Assembly: GCA_964430885.1 (NCBI GenBank)
Contig: CAYSHM010000008.1
Span: forward strand, 9,154-73,153
DNA: 64,000 nt
Origin: an uncultured archaeon
GTDB taxonomy: Archaea > Thermoplasmatota > Penumbrarchaeia > JASLWR01
Direction: 5' to 3'
Shown here: in pieces, positions 39,139-49,426 of the stretch
How positions within the stretch are numbered: position 1 is the stretch's first letter
How the letters are laid out: every line of letters begins with the position of its first letter
Position numbers and translations under genes: made by a program
Notes under the pieces: generated by a model
What the model was told of the DNA's origin: nothing
Databases searched by the model: none
The model's input: only the letters and a program-made list of their open reading frames with translations

Positions 39139-42100
39139 TTGAAGAAAAGAACACTGTTTTTAATAGTGGTATCAGGATTATTGCTGATCAGCATCTCTTT
39201 GAACCATGTCAGCTTCGGTTTGAATGCAAGCATCCATAATGATTCCAATGTCGTTGTGGATACTGACAACAAGGCAGAATACCTATACAAAAGCCGGATC
39301 AATGAATCCTATCTAAGTATAAGCGAGAACACTGTAACACTGGGACCCGAGGACAGCGGTAACTTCACTGGCATATGGGTTCACGGTACTGGCACACTCA
39401 TTCTAAACGGATGTGAATTGAATATTGTTCAGGATGAGGGGCATTACGGTGAGTTCAATGTCACTGGTGACGGCAGCCTTAGCATCCTTGGCGGATCAAA
39501 GATTCATATCAACAAAGGCAACTTCTCGTTCAGAGGCCGAAACTTTGAGATGGCCGGAGATTCAGTGATCAAAGTTACAAATATCACAGGGGGCCAGACC
39601 GGAGATCCCCAGGGTTACGGGCTTGAGAGGGACGGAAGACTGGGGAACAATTCTGTTGTGGAGATCATCTCAAAAGAACCTATCACCATCAGCGGCTCGG
39701 AGATATACAGCTACGGCGGGGGAGGTGGAAACGGTGCACCAGGATTGAACGAAGAACTTAAGGATGGTGGAAGAGGCGGTGAAGGAGGGGTAGGTAAAAT
39801 CATAGTGGAAGGACCCCAGATCAATATAATTGAAAACTCCGTATTGAAGGCCGTAGGTGGAGACGGCGGAAAGGGCGGTGAAAGAGCTTTCGGGTCTGAA
39901 CAGGGCAGAGGAGGAGACGGGGCCAAAGGCGGATTCGGAGAGGTAATCATTCAAACAAAGACCAAACAAATGGTCGACCCAAAAATTGGACTTTATTCTT
40001 CTGAGATAAATGCCAGCGGAGGTGTCGGAGGAGAAGCATCCAATGTAATAGGCGATGAGCTTCTCGGAGACGGCGGAGACGGCGGAAATACAAACATGCT
40101 GATACATGCCCATAACGACATAACCTTCAGCGATTGTACGATATATTCCCTGGGTGGAGTGGAAGGTAGAGGTGCGGGGGGCGATGGCGTAGCCGGATAT
40201 GATGACCTGATAATGAGGAGCGAACTGAACGTTGCTACTGGGTCCGATACATTGATCCGGATATCCAAGGATTCCTTCGGTATTGACTGTCCTTCTGGTG
40301 AGAACGAATTGAACAACGTACTCATACTTGACGGGACTGGTGGTCAGGTCAGGCCCTTCAGTGAAAGGGAATCGGTCATAATAATCAAATGGGATGTGAA
40401 TGTCCATGTGATAGATGACTACCAGAGGGAACCGATTTCAAATGCAGAGGTGGAGGTCTTCATCAAAGATGACGATGACAGCTGGGACAGTGTAGGAGCA
40501 GAGAACACGGATTCATCAGGCAACGTTCTCTTCGAGAATGTGGAAGCAAGAAAGATCAAGGGTAATGAACTTGGTCAGGATCAGACTGTAAGGATCATTG
40601 TTAGAAAACACGCTTATGAAACTCAAGCATCAGTTCCACTCTCCAGATCCGTTAAGAAAACTATGATACTGAAGATCCTGAGTCTTGAGATCTCCAAGAT
40701 ATACTACAGGAGCGCTCTAATGGGGAGCGACGGGCTGCTTAAAATTTCCGAATCCAACATCAGGGGCGGCCAGGAGATAGGAGGTATAATCTACATTAAC
40801 GGGACAGCTAGCCTGGAGAACGCAGGCTCATCGGCCTATATAACCGGCGTCACCGTTGCCATCAACGATGGAAAAGCTCAGACCGTAACTGATACAAGTC
40901 AGAATCGTGATTGGTCCGAATGGAGCTTCATTCTGGAGACCGCCCAGTTATCCGGCAAAGGGTCCAAGTCAAAACTGACAAAGCTGTATGATGATGAGAC
41001 CTTGATCCTGGAGTTCGAGGTATCAGAGAACAACGATTTCCTAACAGGTATTCAGCTGCCCATACACATCAACCAGAGCAATCTGAACAATCCTCCTTAT
41101 TGCGAGATCATTTCCATAAACGACCTTGAGGTCGACCCCGAGACAGAGTTCGAGGTCAAGATGCCTCCGGAGAAGCAGACCACAGTGGTAATTAAGGGAG
41201 AATACTTCGACCTAGATAACGGTGATAGAGTTTCGGTGAACAACGTTCGGCTTTCGGTCCAATCAGTGGGTAAGGATGACCGGACCCCGATCTCAAACCT
41301 GGAGAACACGAAAGTTCAGAAATCCGATGAGAACAGCGGCACATGGGAAGTAACCTGGGAACTGAAAACCGCCAATTTCCAGCCAGGATCATATATAATG
41401 TCCATTGATGTAATGGATAATTCCAAATCAAATCCCTACAATGCATCGGACAGCGATCACTTCCAACTTATAGATATTCCTTTCAAGATCATACTGGAAT
41501 CCCCGCCTTCAGCAACAATAGATACTATAGCCGGCGAGAAACTGGAAACATACTGGTCTGATGATGAGGACATACATATTATTGACACTAATACAGCTGT
41601 GGGAGAGAAAAGAATAACCCTGGCATTTGTAGGCAATGGTTTCCATAATGACCCCAATGTGGAAGGGGGATTCAAATATACTTGGAAAGTTCTTAACAAG
41701 ATTACCGCAAAGGAAGTAAATCTAGGCGATAAGGCGTCCTTAAATAATCCCACGCTTTCATTTTCTATTGGAGAGAACGAAGAATATGCCGAGTTCGAAG
41801 TATCATTGAAGGTCTCAGACAGCAGGAGTTATTCCAGTGCTTATACCGAGAATAATAAGGTACTGATAAAACTTCATTACCAAGCACCCCCCCCAAAGAC
41901 AAAGGGGTTCATGGGTGATATCGATGTAATTAGCTTATTTATTACAGGCGAGGACGGTGAGCATGATGACGGCGACGTTCTGCTAATCGGTCTCGTTGTG
42001 ATATATATCCTCGTCGCTCTGTTATTGATCAGAAAGCACAAAGCTATACAGAAGAGAGTGGGTACACGTCTGAAAAACGCCAAACTCAAGATAGAACAGA

Positions 42101-42741
42101 AACGAAGGCAGGAAGAGATGGAGAAGGAGAAGAAAAAGAAGAAGCTGAGCCTTGCGGAGCTTGGAGGAAGGATTGACGGAAAAAGATATGTTGCCCAGGG
42201 AGCGGGGTCCCAGGATTACAACAGAATGGGATACGGCGATGTTACCCTGGCAACCACAGTGCAGCAGGGGCCATCGGCACCCTATCCAACCCAACCCCAG
42301 GAAGCCCCGGCAGCACAGCCATCAGAAGAAGAGGTTGTGGATTTTATGGCCGGACCGGCCCCGGAATCGGCACCTCCTGAAATACCCCCGGAAGAACCTG
42401 CTGCTCCGGTACCAGCTATTGTTTCATCCACACCTCCGCCAGTTGATGATGAACCTGAACCTCCTGCAGTCGCTCCGGTTCAGACAACTGCCCCTGTTAC
42501 AGCAACTGCTCCAACCACTACAGCTCCGGTACAGACAACTGGTCCAGTAACCACTATGAGACCCGTCACATCCACGGTAGTGACCACAGCGCCGGTTACA
42601 ACCACGGCTCCAGTTCAGACAACAGCTCCCGCCGCAGCACCGCAGCAACAGACGGCTGATCAGGGAAATAAATGCTCAAAATGCGGTGCGGATGTGAAAC
42701 CTAACTGGTTCATCTGCCCAAACTGCAAGAATATGCTCTGA
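39139..42741 (+). CDS. Large single-pass surface protein: Gly-rich repeats, Ig-like domains, TM, Pro/Thr-rich tail, zinc ribbon
   Basis: Signal peptide; GGxGGxG repeats; beta-rich domains; TM VLLIGLVVIYILVALLLI; TTAPV repeats; CSKC...CPNC at the C-terminus. Confidence 0.8.
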   Translation: MKKRTLFLIVVSGLLLISISLNHVSFGLNASIHNDSNVVVDTDNKAEYLYKSRINESYLSISENTVTLGPEDSGNFTGIWVHGTGTLILNGCELNIVQDEGHYGEFNVTGDGSLSILGGSKIHINKGNFSFRGRNFEMAGDSVIKVTNITGGQTGDPQGYGLERDGRLGNNSVVEIISKEPITISGSEIYSYGGGGGNGAPGLNEELKDGGRGGEGGVGKIIVEGPQINIIENSVLKAVGGDGGKGGERAFGSEQGRGGDGAKGGFGEVIIQTKTKQMVDPKIGLYSSEINASGGVGGEASNVIGDELLGDGGDGGNTNMLIHAHNDITFSDCTIYSLGGVEGRGAGGDGVAGYDDLIMRSELNVATGSDTLIRISKDSFGIDCPSGENELNNVLILDGTGGQVRPFSERESVIIIKWDVNVHVIDDYQREPISNAEVEVFIKDDDDSWDSVGAENTDSSGNVLFENVEARKIKGNELGQDQTVRIIVRKHAYETQASVPLSRSVKKTMILKILSLEISKIYYRSALMGSDGLLKISESNIRGGQEIGGIIYINGTASLENAGSSAYITGVTVAINDGKAQTVTDTSQNRDWSEWSFILETAQLSGKGSKSKLTKLYDDETLILEFEVSENNDFLTGIQLPIHINQSNLNNPPYCEIISINDLEVDPETEFEVKMPPEKQTTVVIKGEYFDLDNGDRVSVNNVRLSVQSVGKDDRTPISNLENTKVQKSDENSGTWEVTWELKTANFQPGSYIMSIDVMDNSKSNPYNASDSDHFQLIDIPFKIILESPPSATIDTIAGEKLETYWSDDEDIHIIDTNTAVGEKRITLAFVGNGFHNDPNVEGGFKYTWKVLNKITAKEVNLGDKASLNNPTLSFSIGENEEYAEFEVSLKVSDSRSYSSAYTENNKVLIKLHYQAPPPKTKGFMGDIDVISLFITGEDGEHDDGDVLLIGLVVIYILVALLLIRKHKAIQKRVGTRLKNAKLKIEQKRRQEEMEKEKKKKKLSLAELGGRIDGKRYVAQGAGSQDYNRMGYGDVTLATTVQQGPSAPYPTQPQEAPAAQPSEEEVVDFMAGPAPESAPPEIPPEEPAAPVPAIVSSTPPPVDDEPEPPAVAPVQTTAPVTATAPTTTAPVQTTGPVTTMRPVTSTVVTTAPVTTTAPVQTTAPAAAPQQQTADQGNKCSKCGADVKPNWFICPNCKNML

Positions 42742-42924
42742 GTGTCAGAATGAAGATACAGCATGGATTGCACAAATGAACTTTTCATAATTAAGCTCCT
42801 AGCTTATGTTCATAGGGCCATGCTTTGTTATCTGCCATTATATAATATTATATTTAGAATTATTACAATACACCCATGACCTGGGCGTCAGACAGTAAAC
42901 CAAAGCAAATATTCAGTCTTTTAA

Positions 42925-43578
42925 ATGGGATCATTTACATTACAATCGAGGACTCAAATGAAGGTTATTGCCATCGCTGGAATGCCCGGGGCCGGTAAGA
43001 GCACGCTAATCAATGAGGGAATCAAAAGGGGTGCTTACTCCATTAGGATGGGCGACCTTGTTATCGAAGAGGTCAATAGATTGGGCCTTGAGATAACCGA
43101 TTCGAATGTTGGCCATGTGGCTGATAAGGTAAGACAAGAGCACAGGGCCAAACTATACGGCAACCGTATCCCCCTGGAACTATTTGATGTAGAGATACAG
43201 AAAATAATGGAGCACGAAGGTTACGGGATCTGGGCAAAGAAGACGGTTGAAAAGATCAAGAAGGAAAGCAAGAGCGAACTGGTTCTTATAGACGGTGTGC
43301 GGGGAAACAAGGAGATCGACATCTTCAGGACATATTTCAATAATTTTGTAACCCTATCAATTTTTTCATCCAGAAAGGACAGATTGGAGAGGATATTGAG
43401 AAGGAGCAGGGAAGATGACATATCGGGCCTCGGGGATCTTAAGGGGCGTGACCGGAGGGAATTGTCATGGGGCCTCGGCAAGGTAATTGCCATGTCGGAC
43501 CATATGATAATAAATGACTGCTCATTCAAGGAATTCCATAAGCGCATTAAAGATTTTTTCCGCAAGATTATTAAGTGA
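42925..43578 (+). CDS. Dephospho-CoA kinase-like P-loop nucleotide kinase (UPF0200-type)
   Basis: AGMPGAGKS, MGDLV, IDGVRG, RSREDD, RDRRELSWGL. Likely start is the ATG at 42958. Confidence 0.82.
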   Translation: MGSFTLQSRTQMKVIAIAGMPGAGKSTLINEGIKRGAYSIRMGDLVIEEVNRLGLEITDSNVGHVADKVRQEHRAKLYGNRIPLELFDVEIQKIMEHEGYGIWAKKTVEKIKKESKSELVLIDGVRGNKEIDIFRTYFNNFVTLSIFSSRKDRLERILRRSREDDISGLGDLKGRDRRELSWGLGKVIAMSDHMIINDCSFKEFHKRIKDFFRKIIK

Positions 43579-43634
43579 ACCCCAAAACTATCCGAAAGGA
43601 TATGGTGATTTCTAGATACCTAAGAATCTTGTGA

Positions 43635-46600
43635 ATGGTAGAGAGCCATAGAGGCGGTACAATGCTGCATGAACACAAGTATGATCATAGATATAATGGA
43701 AAAGAAAAGAGCCGAACATCCCTTTTCAGGGTCTTTAGAATAACTGCTTTTTATTCAGTTATTTTTCTGCTCTTATCAAACTTCCTGTTTATTGGACTGT
43801 CAATAGACCATAAGGACACCTACAGGGCTTCTGTTAAGGGCGATATCAAGTGTGATAAAAAGATCATACAAATAGCTGATGAACAAGACCTGAAAACTGC
43901 CGCTAGGTCCCGTGATGGAAACAGCAATGATTGGAGCATGTTCGGAAAGGATAGTAACCATACATTCTTCACCAGCTCCCCAGGTCCTGTAAATGGTGAC
44001 CTCCTCTGGTCATTCGATATGAAAGAACTCTCCGGGCAGACTGCTGCTGATGTTGTTTCTTCACCTGTAGTGGTGAACGATACGGTCTACGTCTGCTCCT
44101 CTAATTATTTCATGGCCGCCTTCGATATTGATAACGGCAACCTGAAGTGGGAGACCTATCTTGAGAACCGAATACGCTCCACACCTGCCTACCATGACGG
44201 TGAGCTGTTCGTTGCAGCATACAACAAGGTATGGAAGGTCAATGCACTCAACGGATCAAAACAGCTTCTATTCCAGACCCCGAAGGAGATAAGCAGTTCC
44301 CCGGTGATCTACAATGAAACCATATACATTTCCACACTTTTCTCCGGCAGCAGAATGTACGCCCTCAATATATCCGGAGAGGAGAAATGGAATATCTCCA
44401 TGGGTGATTCTCTGTGGGGAACCCCCGGCACACCGGCTCTGTCTGGGGGTGTGCTGTACATTGGAAGCGCCAACGGATGGTTCTATGCACTGGACTCCGA
44501 TGGTTTATATAATGGAGACCAAGGAACACTGGATAATGGTGACGGAAACCAGGCAGATATTATTTGGAGTGTGAACATATCAAGAGAGATAATGGCATCA
44601 CCAACCATAGTAGAGGATTCTGTGATTTTCGGAACCTTCAGTGATCAAAAAACAAATCGCCTATATTCCCTTTATCTGAGCAATGGTACTGAGAAATGGA
44701 ACACGAGTACTGCCGCAAGAGTACAATCCACCGCTTCCTACTCACCTGATACTGAGCTGCTGTATCTGGGTACCTACGGGGACGGACTCAAGGCAATTGA
44801 CGCTCAAACAGGCAGTACTGCATGGACATTCGATACAAAGGGAGAGTCCATCCTGTCATCACCAGCCGTATCCAATGGGGTGGTGTACTTCGGCTGTTTC
44901 GATAACAGGTTATACGCTGTGGATTCCCAGGGAAACCAGAATGGTTCTGCAGACGAACACTGGAACTTCACAACCATGGACATCATACATTCAAGTCCTG
45001 CGGTATCCAGGGGAAGGGTTTTTATTGGAAGCAACGATGATCGCATATATACAATAGGTGCGCCTGACCTTGCGGTTTACCCGGCTGAGATTGTGATCTC
45101 TGACCTGCATCCGTTCCCCCGGGAAAGGGTATCCATTGAAGCCAACATATCCAATCGGGGTTCGTTGGACACTCAATCCCTAATAGAGATCGCGGCCAAG
45201 GACCGTTATAACAATACTGTACATAGTATTTATTCAGAAATGCATCTTGTCGAGAGAGGTGCATCCCTGAAGATATCCGCCCACTGGAGAATACTGGACA
45301 ACCCGCTGCACGTCTGGAACATATGGGTAACTGCAACTAACTTCAGCCATTCCGAGCCTAAGCAGAATAATAATCTGGCCAAGTTGGAATTGACCGTATC
45401 AACTGAGCTGAGGGATTACTGGAGTATGTCCGGGGGCGGAGCCGATCATGCGTTCTATCAATCCAATGCTCCTGAGAAGAACAACACGTTATGGAAAAAA
45501 GAGCTGGATGAGGTGCTGGATTCTCCTATTATCTATAGGGACAACGCCGTGATCAATTCAAATGAAGGAAATATCAAATGCATATCATTGCTCACTGGTC
45601 AGTGGAAATGGAATCTGACCTTGGGTGAGACCCCCGCCGGCCTTCCTGCAGCCGGTTACGGAAAAGTTTTTATTTCCACATCACAACACCTTTATGCCCT
45701 GGATATTGACGGGCTGGAGAACGGTAACAGTGGTATTGTCATGGGAACCCATGAAGATCAGGGCGCGGACATCCTATGGAGAGCAGATCTTCCCGAAGGT
45801 CCCACAGGCGATATTATACTTGCAGGGGGATTAATCGGCCTGATCCTGGGTGATTCCCTGCTGTTCATTGATGAGGATTCCGGCCTTTTGGAGAAGGAGC
45901 TGGACCTTTCAGCGGATATCACAACCAACATGGTAGCTGCGGAAAATTACTTCATCTACGGAGACAGCGGCAGGTCCATCTATGCCCTCCATATGGATAA
46001 TTTCACCCAAGCTTGGAGTCGAGAGATAACAAACACATCCGAAATATCGGGAATTCTTTGGCCCGGTTCCAAGGAGATCATCATAACAACGGACCACAAA
46101 TGCCAGGGTTTGGACCTTTATTCTGGTAATATCTCCTGGGCCTATTATTCCCTGGATACTATCACAACCCATCCAGCCTACTCAGCGCAAACTGGAGCGG
46201 TTTATTTCATCACGGAAACAAAGGAGATCATCAAGTTATCATTATCCGGTGAGGAATTGGACAGAATGGTCTATCACCATGATCATGCAGTATCTCTCGC
46301 TACCGGTGGTAATTCCATTCATATCTCCACTGTGTCTGGGAACATTATAATGCTTAAAGATTTCGATGTTATTAGGGGAAGAGGTATAGGTGACGGAAAC
46401 GACACAGGCCTGGTAATGAAATGGAGCTACTCTACAAGCGGGGATCTAACCCCAGAGATGGCTTTGGACGAGGTGCTTCTTGTCACTTCATCAAAGGGTC
46501 ATATTTACTGTATCGGAGGAAGGAACCAGAAACCGGTGGCTACCATCGACCAGCCCGAAGCCAGGTCCAACCACTTTCTTGGAGATGAAGTGACCGTAAA

Positions 46601-48200
46601 CGCTACTGGATCCTGGGACCCTGACGGGGACCGGCTGTGCTACAGCTGGGTAAGCAGTCTTGACGGTGAACTGTATTCTGGATACGACGCTAAAACATCA
46701 GTCAAATTCCAAACCGCCGGCAGCCACAATCTTACCCTGGTGGTGGATGACGGTTACCAGGGCGTATCCAGGGTATGGAAGGAGATAAGTATATTCCAAA
46801 GGCAGCGCATTGTCAAGAATATGGAGATGAACTGCTGCAGTTCCAATCTTTCCCTGACAGCCGAGATCGGAGGAACTGAACCTGATTTCATCCTCAAGGA
46901 GACAGGCAATCCGTCGAGTATAAGGGACAGGGATATTGGGATATTCTTCAGTATTTCGAAGATTAACATTACAATACTGGACTGGATAGAACTGAAGCTA
47001 CGCCTTGATCTGACCAAGATACCATTTGAGATCAACCCTTCCCAACTGTCCTTTTTCAATCATAAGATCAATGAAACCTGGGAACTGATACCGTCCCATG
47101 TGGATGTGGGAAACAGCACAATTACGGCCAATATCTCAGACATGAAAAATATCAATTGGATTAATGATACATCTGTTTTCAGTATAGGGTTCTTCCATAA
47201 CAACCCTCCCTCCCTTGAAGGGCTGAACATAACCCCCTTGGAAGCAGGATATGACGAAACTTTCAATCTTTCGGTGGTCTATACGGACCCGGACGGAGAC
47301 CTACCAATAATAATAATCCTGGTAATCGATGATAATATCTCATTGATGATGAAATCCTTGGATTCAGTAAACAATACGCTTCATGGAAAGAGGTATTTCA
47401 TCACTTTTGACCATCTTCCACCCGGCAATCACACCTACGAAGTTAGAGCAAATGACGGTGTTCTCTGGATCAGTTCGGGTGTCAGAACGGATCTAATCAC
47501 TTTCAATCCATGGCCCAATGCGGTGATAACAAACCCCGAAGGTAAAAACAAATTGAAGGTTAATGAGATATTGAGACTGGATGCTTCATCCTCATGGGAC
47601 AGCGATGACAGTGTGATTATGTATATCTGGACCATAAAGGAACTGAACTGGACAGAAGTGATAACCTTTAACCTGACCGGACCCCAACTAGAATTTGAAT
47701 TCACCCAACCGGGCTTATACTCAATTAGTTTGAAGGTGGTTGATTCCAAAGGTCATGTTTCGAAAACTGCAGTGATTGACAATATATTTGTAGCAGAGGA
47801 GAAGGAAACCGCCGATGATTACGGAGAACTGTTATTCTATAGTGCTATCGGAGCACTGCTGATACTGGTGATACTGCTTCTTGTTTTCTTCAGGAACAGC
47901 AAAAAGAAAGAAGAATCGGGTGAAATCAAGGGAAATGATGGGGAAGGCGATGATCTGGAATATCCAGGAAAATCTGAAGATCATGATACCGTAGACGATG
48001 ACAAGAGTTTTGAAGGTGAAGACGGCCTTGGCGATGATGTAGGTAATGAGGACCATGGAGAGACGGGCGCAGGGAAAGAGGTTTCAGAACCGGAGGAGAA
48101 GGGCCCGGCAGATTCAGGAGAGGAAAATGATTCTGCATATAAAGATGATAGCAGTGAGGGAACAGCTGGTAATGAGGATATTAAAAGTGGTGAAACCTGA
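43635..48200 (+). CDS. Surface protein with two PQQ/BamB-like beta-propellers, CARDB/PKD domains, TM and acidic tail
   Basis: WSMFG...H starts; repeated SSPAV...GS.D..YA blades; PDLAV CARDB-like unit; SWDPDGD PKD motifs; C-terminal TM. Confidence 0.85.
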   Translation: MVESHRGGTMLHEHKYDHRYNGKEKSRTSLFRVFRITAFYSVIFLLLSNFLFIGLSIDHKDTYRASVKGDIKCDKKIIQIADEQDLKTAARSRDGNSNDWSMFGKDSNHTFFTSSPGPVNGDLLWSFDMKELSGQTAADVVSSPVVVNDTVYVCSSNYFMAAFDIDNGNLKWETYLENRIRSTPAYHDGELFVAAYNKVWKVNALNGSKQLLFQTPKEISSSPVIYNETIYISTLFSGSRMYALNISGEEKWNISMGDSLWGTPGTPALSGGVLYIGSANGWFYALDSDGLYNGDQGTLDNGDGNQADIIWSVNISREIMASPTIVEDSVIFGTFSDQKTNRLYSLYLSNGTEKWNTSTAARVQSTASYSPDTELLYLGTYGDGLKAIDAQTGSTAWTFDTKGESILSSPAVSNGVVYFGCFDNRLYAVDSQGNQNGSADEHWNFTTMDIIHSSPAVSRGRVFIGSNDDRIYTIGAPDLAVYPAEIVISDLHPFPRERVSIEANISNRGSLDTQSLIEIAAKDRYNNTVHSIYSEMHLVERGASLKISAHWRILDNPLHVWNIWVTATNFSHSEPKQNNNLAKLELTVSTELRDYWSMSGGGADHAFYQSNAPEKNNTLWKKELDEVLDSPIIYRDNAVINSNEGNIKCISLLTGQWKWNLTLGETPAGLPAAGYGKVFISTSQHLYALDIDGLENGNSGIVMGTHEDQGADILWRADLPEGPTGDIILAGGLIGLILGDSLLFIDEDSGLLEKELDLSADITTNMVAAENYFIYGDSGRSIYALHMDNFTQAWSREITNTSEISGILWPGSKEIIITTDHKCQGLDLYSGNISWAYYSLDTITTHPAYSAQTGAVYFITETKEIIKLSLSGEELDRMVYHHDHAVSLATGGNSIHISTVSGNIIMLKDFDVIRGRGIGDGNDTGLVMKWSYSTSGDLTPEMALDEVLLVTSSKGHIYCIGGRNQKPVATIDQPEARSNHFLGDEVTVNATGSWDPDGDRLCYSWVSSLDGELYSGYDAKTSVKFQTAGSHNLTLVVDDGYQGVSRVWKEISIFQRQRIVKNMEMNCCSSNLSLTAEIGGTEPDFILKETGNPSSIRDRDIGIFFSISKINITILDWIELKLRLDLTKIPFEINPSQLSFFNHKINETWELIPSHVDVGNSTITANISDMKNINWINDTSVFSIGFFHNNPPSLEGLNITPLEAGYDETFNLSVVYTDPDGDLPIIIILVIDDNISLMMKSLDSVNNTLHGKRYFITFDHLPPGNHTYEVRANDGVLWISSGVRTDLITFNPWPNAVITNPEGKNKLKVNEILRLDASSSWDSDDSVIMYIWTIKELNWTEVITFNLTGPQLEFEFTQPGLYSISLKVVDSKGHVSKTAVIDNIFVAEEKETADDYGELLFYSAIGALLILVILLLVFFRNSKKKEESGEIKGNDGEGDDLEYPGKSEDHDTVDDDKSFEGEDGLGDDVGNEDHGETGAGKEVSEPEEKGPADSGEENDSAYKDDSSEGTAGNEDIKSGET

Positions 48201-48302
48201 AGGACCATTCAACTGAATTCACCGATGAATTTCTCATCTATCAAATAATTCAATCACCCATAAATAAGAACTAAACCTTATACATAAAAGAAGGATGATA
48301 TC

Positions 48303-48533
48303 ATGGATCTAAAAAAACAAGTTGAAGATATTATTGAAAAAAGGATCAATCCCGCTCTATCCGTAGACGGGGGAAGCGCCGAACTTGTCAGCGTTGATGA
48401 TGGTGTGGTCAAGCTCAGAATGAAGGGACATTGTGCAGGATGCCCCATGAGACAATACACAATCAGCACTTTCATTCAAAGGACGCTAAAAGAGGAGATT
48501 CCCGAAGTCAAATCCGTGGAAGCTGTAGTCTGA
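48303..48533 (+). CDS. NifU/Nfu-type Fe-S carrier domain protein
   Basis: INPALSVDGGSAELV, GHCAGCPM (CxxC), EIPEVKSVEAV. Confidence 0.92.
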   Translation: MDLKKQVEDIIEKRINPALSVDGGSAELVSVDDGVVKLRMKGHCAGCPMRQYTISTFIQRTLKEEIPEVKSVEAVV

Positions 48534-48614
48534 TCCATTGTTCATTATATTCCGACAAAAGCTCAAAATGCACTCATTTTTTTCAGAGTGAACCTTTCAA
48601 CTGTGTGAAATATC

Positions 48615-49415
48615 ATGCCTACTGACAAAAAAAATCGTTTGGAAAAACTGTTAGCGGATAAAAGCAAGCTTCTGGTATCCTTTTCCGGTGGCGTTGATAG
48701 TTCCGTAGTAGCCAAAATAGCCTTGGACAACCTGGGTAAAAAAAACCTTCTTCTTGTAACAGCTCATACCGATTTCACGGCAAACCGGGATATTGAGGAC
48801 TCCATGAAGATGGCCAAGGAGATGGACCTTGAGCATATTATTGTGAAAATCGACATCCTAAATGAAGCTGAAATGAAGGTTAATCCCAGAGAGAGATGCT
48901 ATCTGTGCAAGAAAAAAATGATAGCAGTTCTGAAAGAAATCGCTAATGAAAGAGGTATTGAAATCATTGCTGACGGATTGAACGCCTCAGATACAGGCGA
49001 GTACCGACCGGGTATGAAAGCCTCTGATGAGGGAAATATCTGGCATCCTCTGCTCGAAGCAGACCTGAGGAAGGATGAAATAAGGGAATTGGCGAAAGAA
49101 CTGGGGCTATGGGTCCATTCCAAACCCAGCGAATCCTGTCTGGCTACGCGATTACCCTATGGAGATCCCATCACCAAGGAGAAATTGAAGATGATTGGGG
49201 AAGCAGAGGCCATTATCAAGGAAATGGGATTTGAACAGATGCGGGTCAGGAACCATGATAATATTGCCAGGATAGAGGTGGGTCAGGATGAGATCGTAAG
49301 ATTCAATGAACCTTCAATAAGGAAAAAGGTTATAAAAGGGCTGAAAAAGTTGGGATTTGTTTATATCACCCTGGATCTGGAAGGATTCAAGTCAGGCAGT
49401 ATGGATCAAAGCTGA
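48615..49415 (+). CDS. larE: ATP-dependent sulfur transferase LarE family
   Basis: PP-loop SFSGGVDSS, RCYLCKK, DGLNASD...YRPG, KPSESCLATR, RVRNH, GFKSGSM. Confidence 0.9.
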   Translation: MPTDKKNRLEKLLADKSKLLVSFSGGVDSSVVAKIALDNLGKKNLLLVTAHTDFTANRDIEDSMKMAKEMDLEHIIVKIDILNEAEMKVNPRERCYLCKKKMIAVLKEIANERGIEIIADGLNASDTGEYRPGMKASDEGNIWHPLLEADLRKDEIRELAKELGLWVHSKPSESCLATRLPYGDPITKEKLKMIGEAEAIIKEMGFEQMRVRNHDNIARIEVGQDEIVRFNEPSIRKKVIKGLKKLGFVYITLDLEGFKSGSMDQS

Positions 49416-49426
49416 GTATTTCATTA

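Noticed and set aside
42470-42640. 18-nt periodic DNA repeats considered as a CRISPR-like or non-coding array
   Set aside because: They are degenerate coding repeats (TTAPVx) with no unique spacers.
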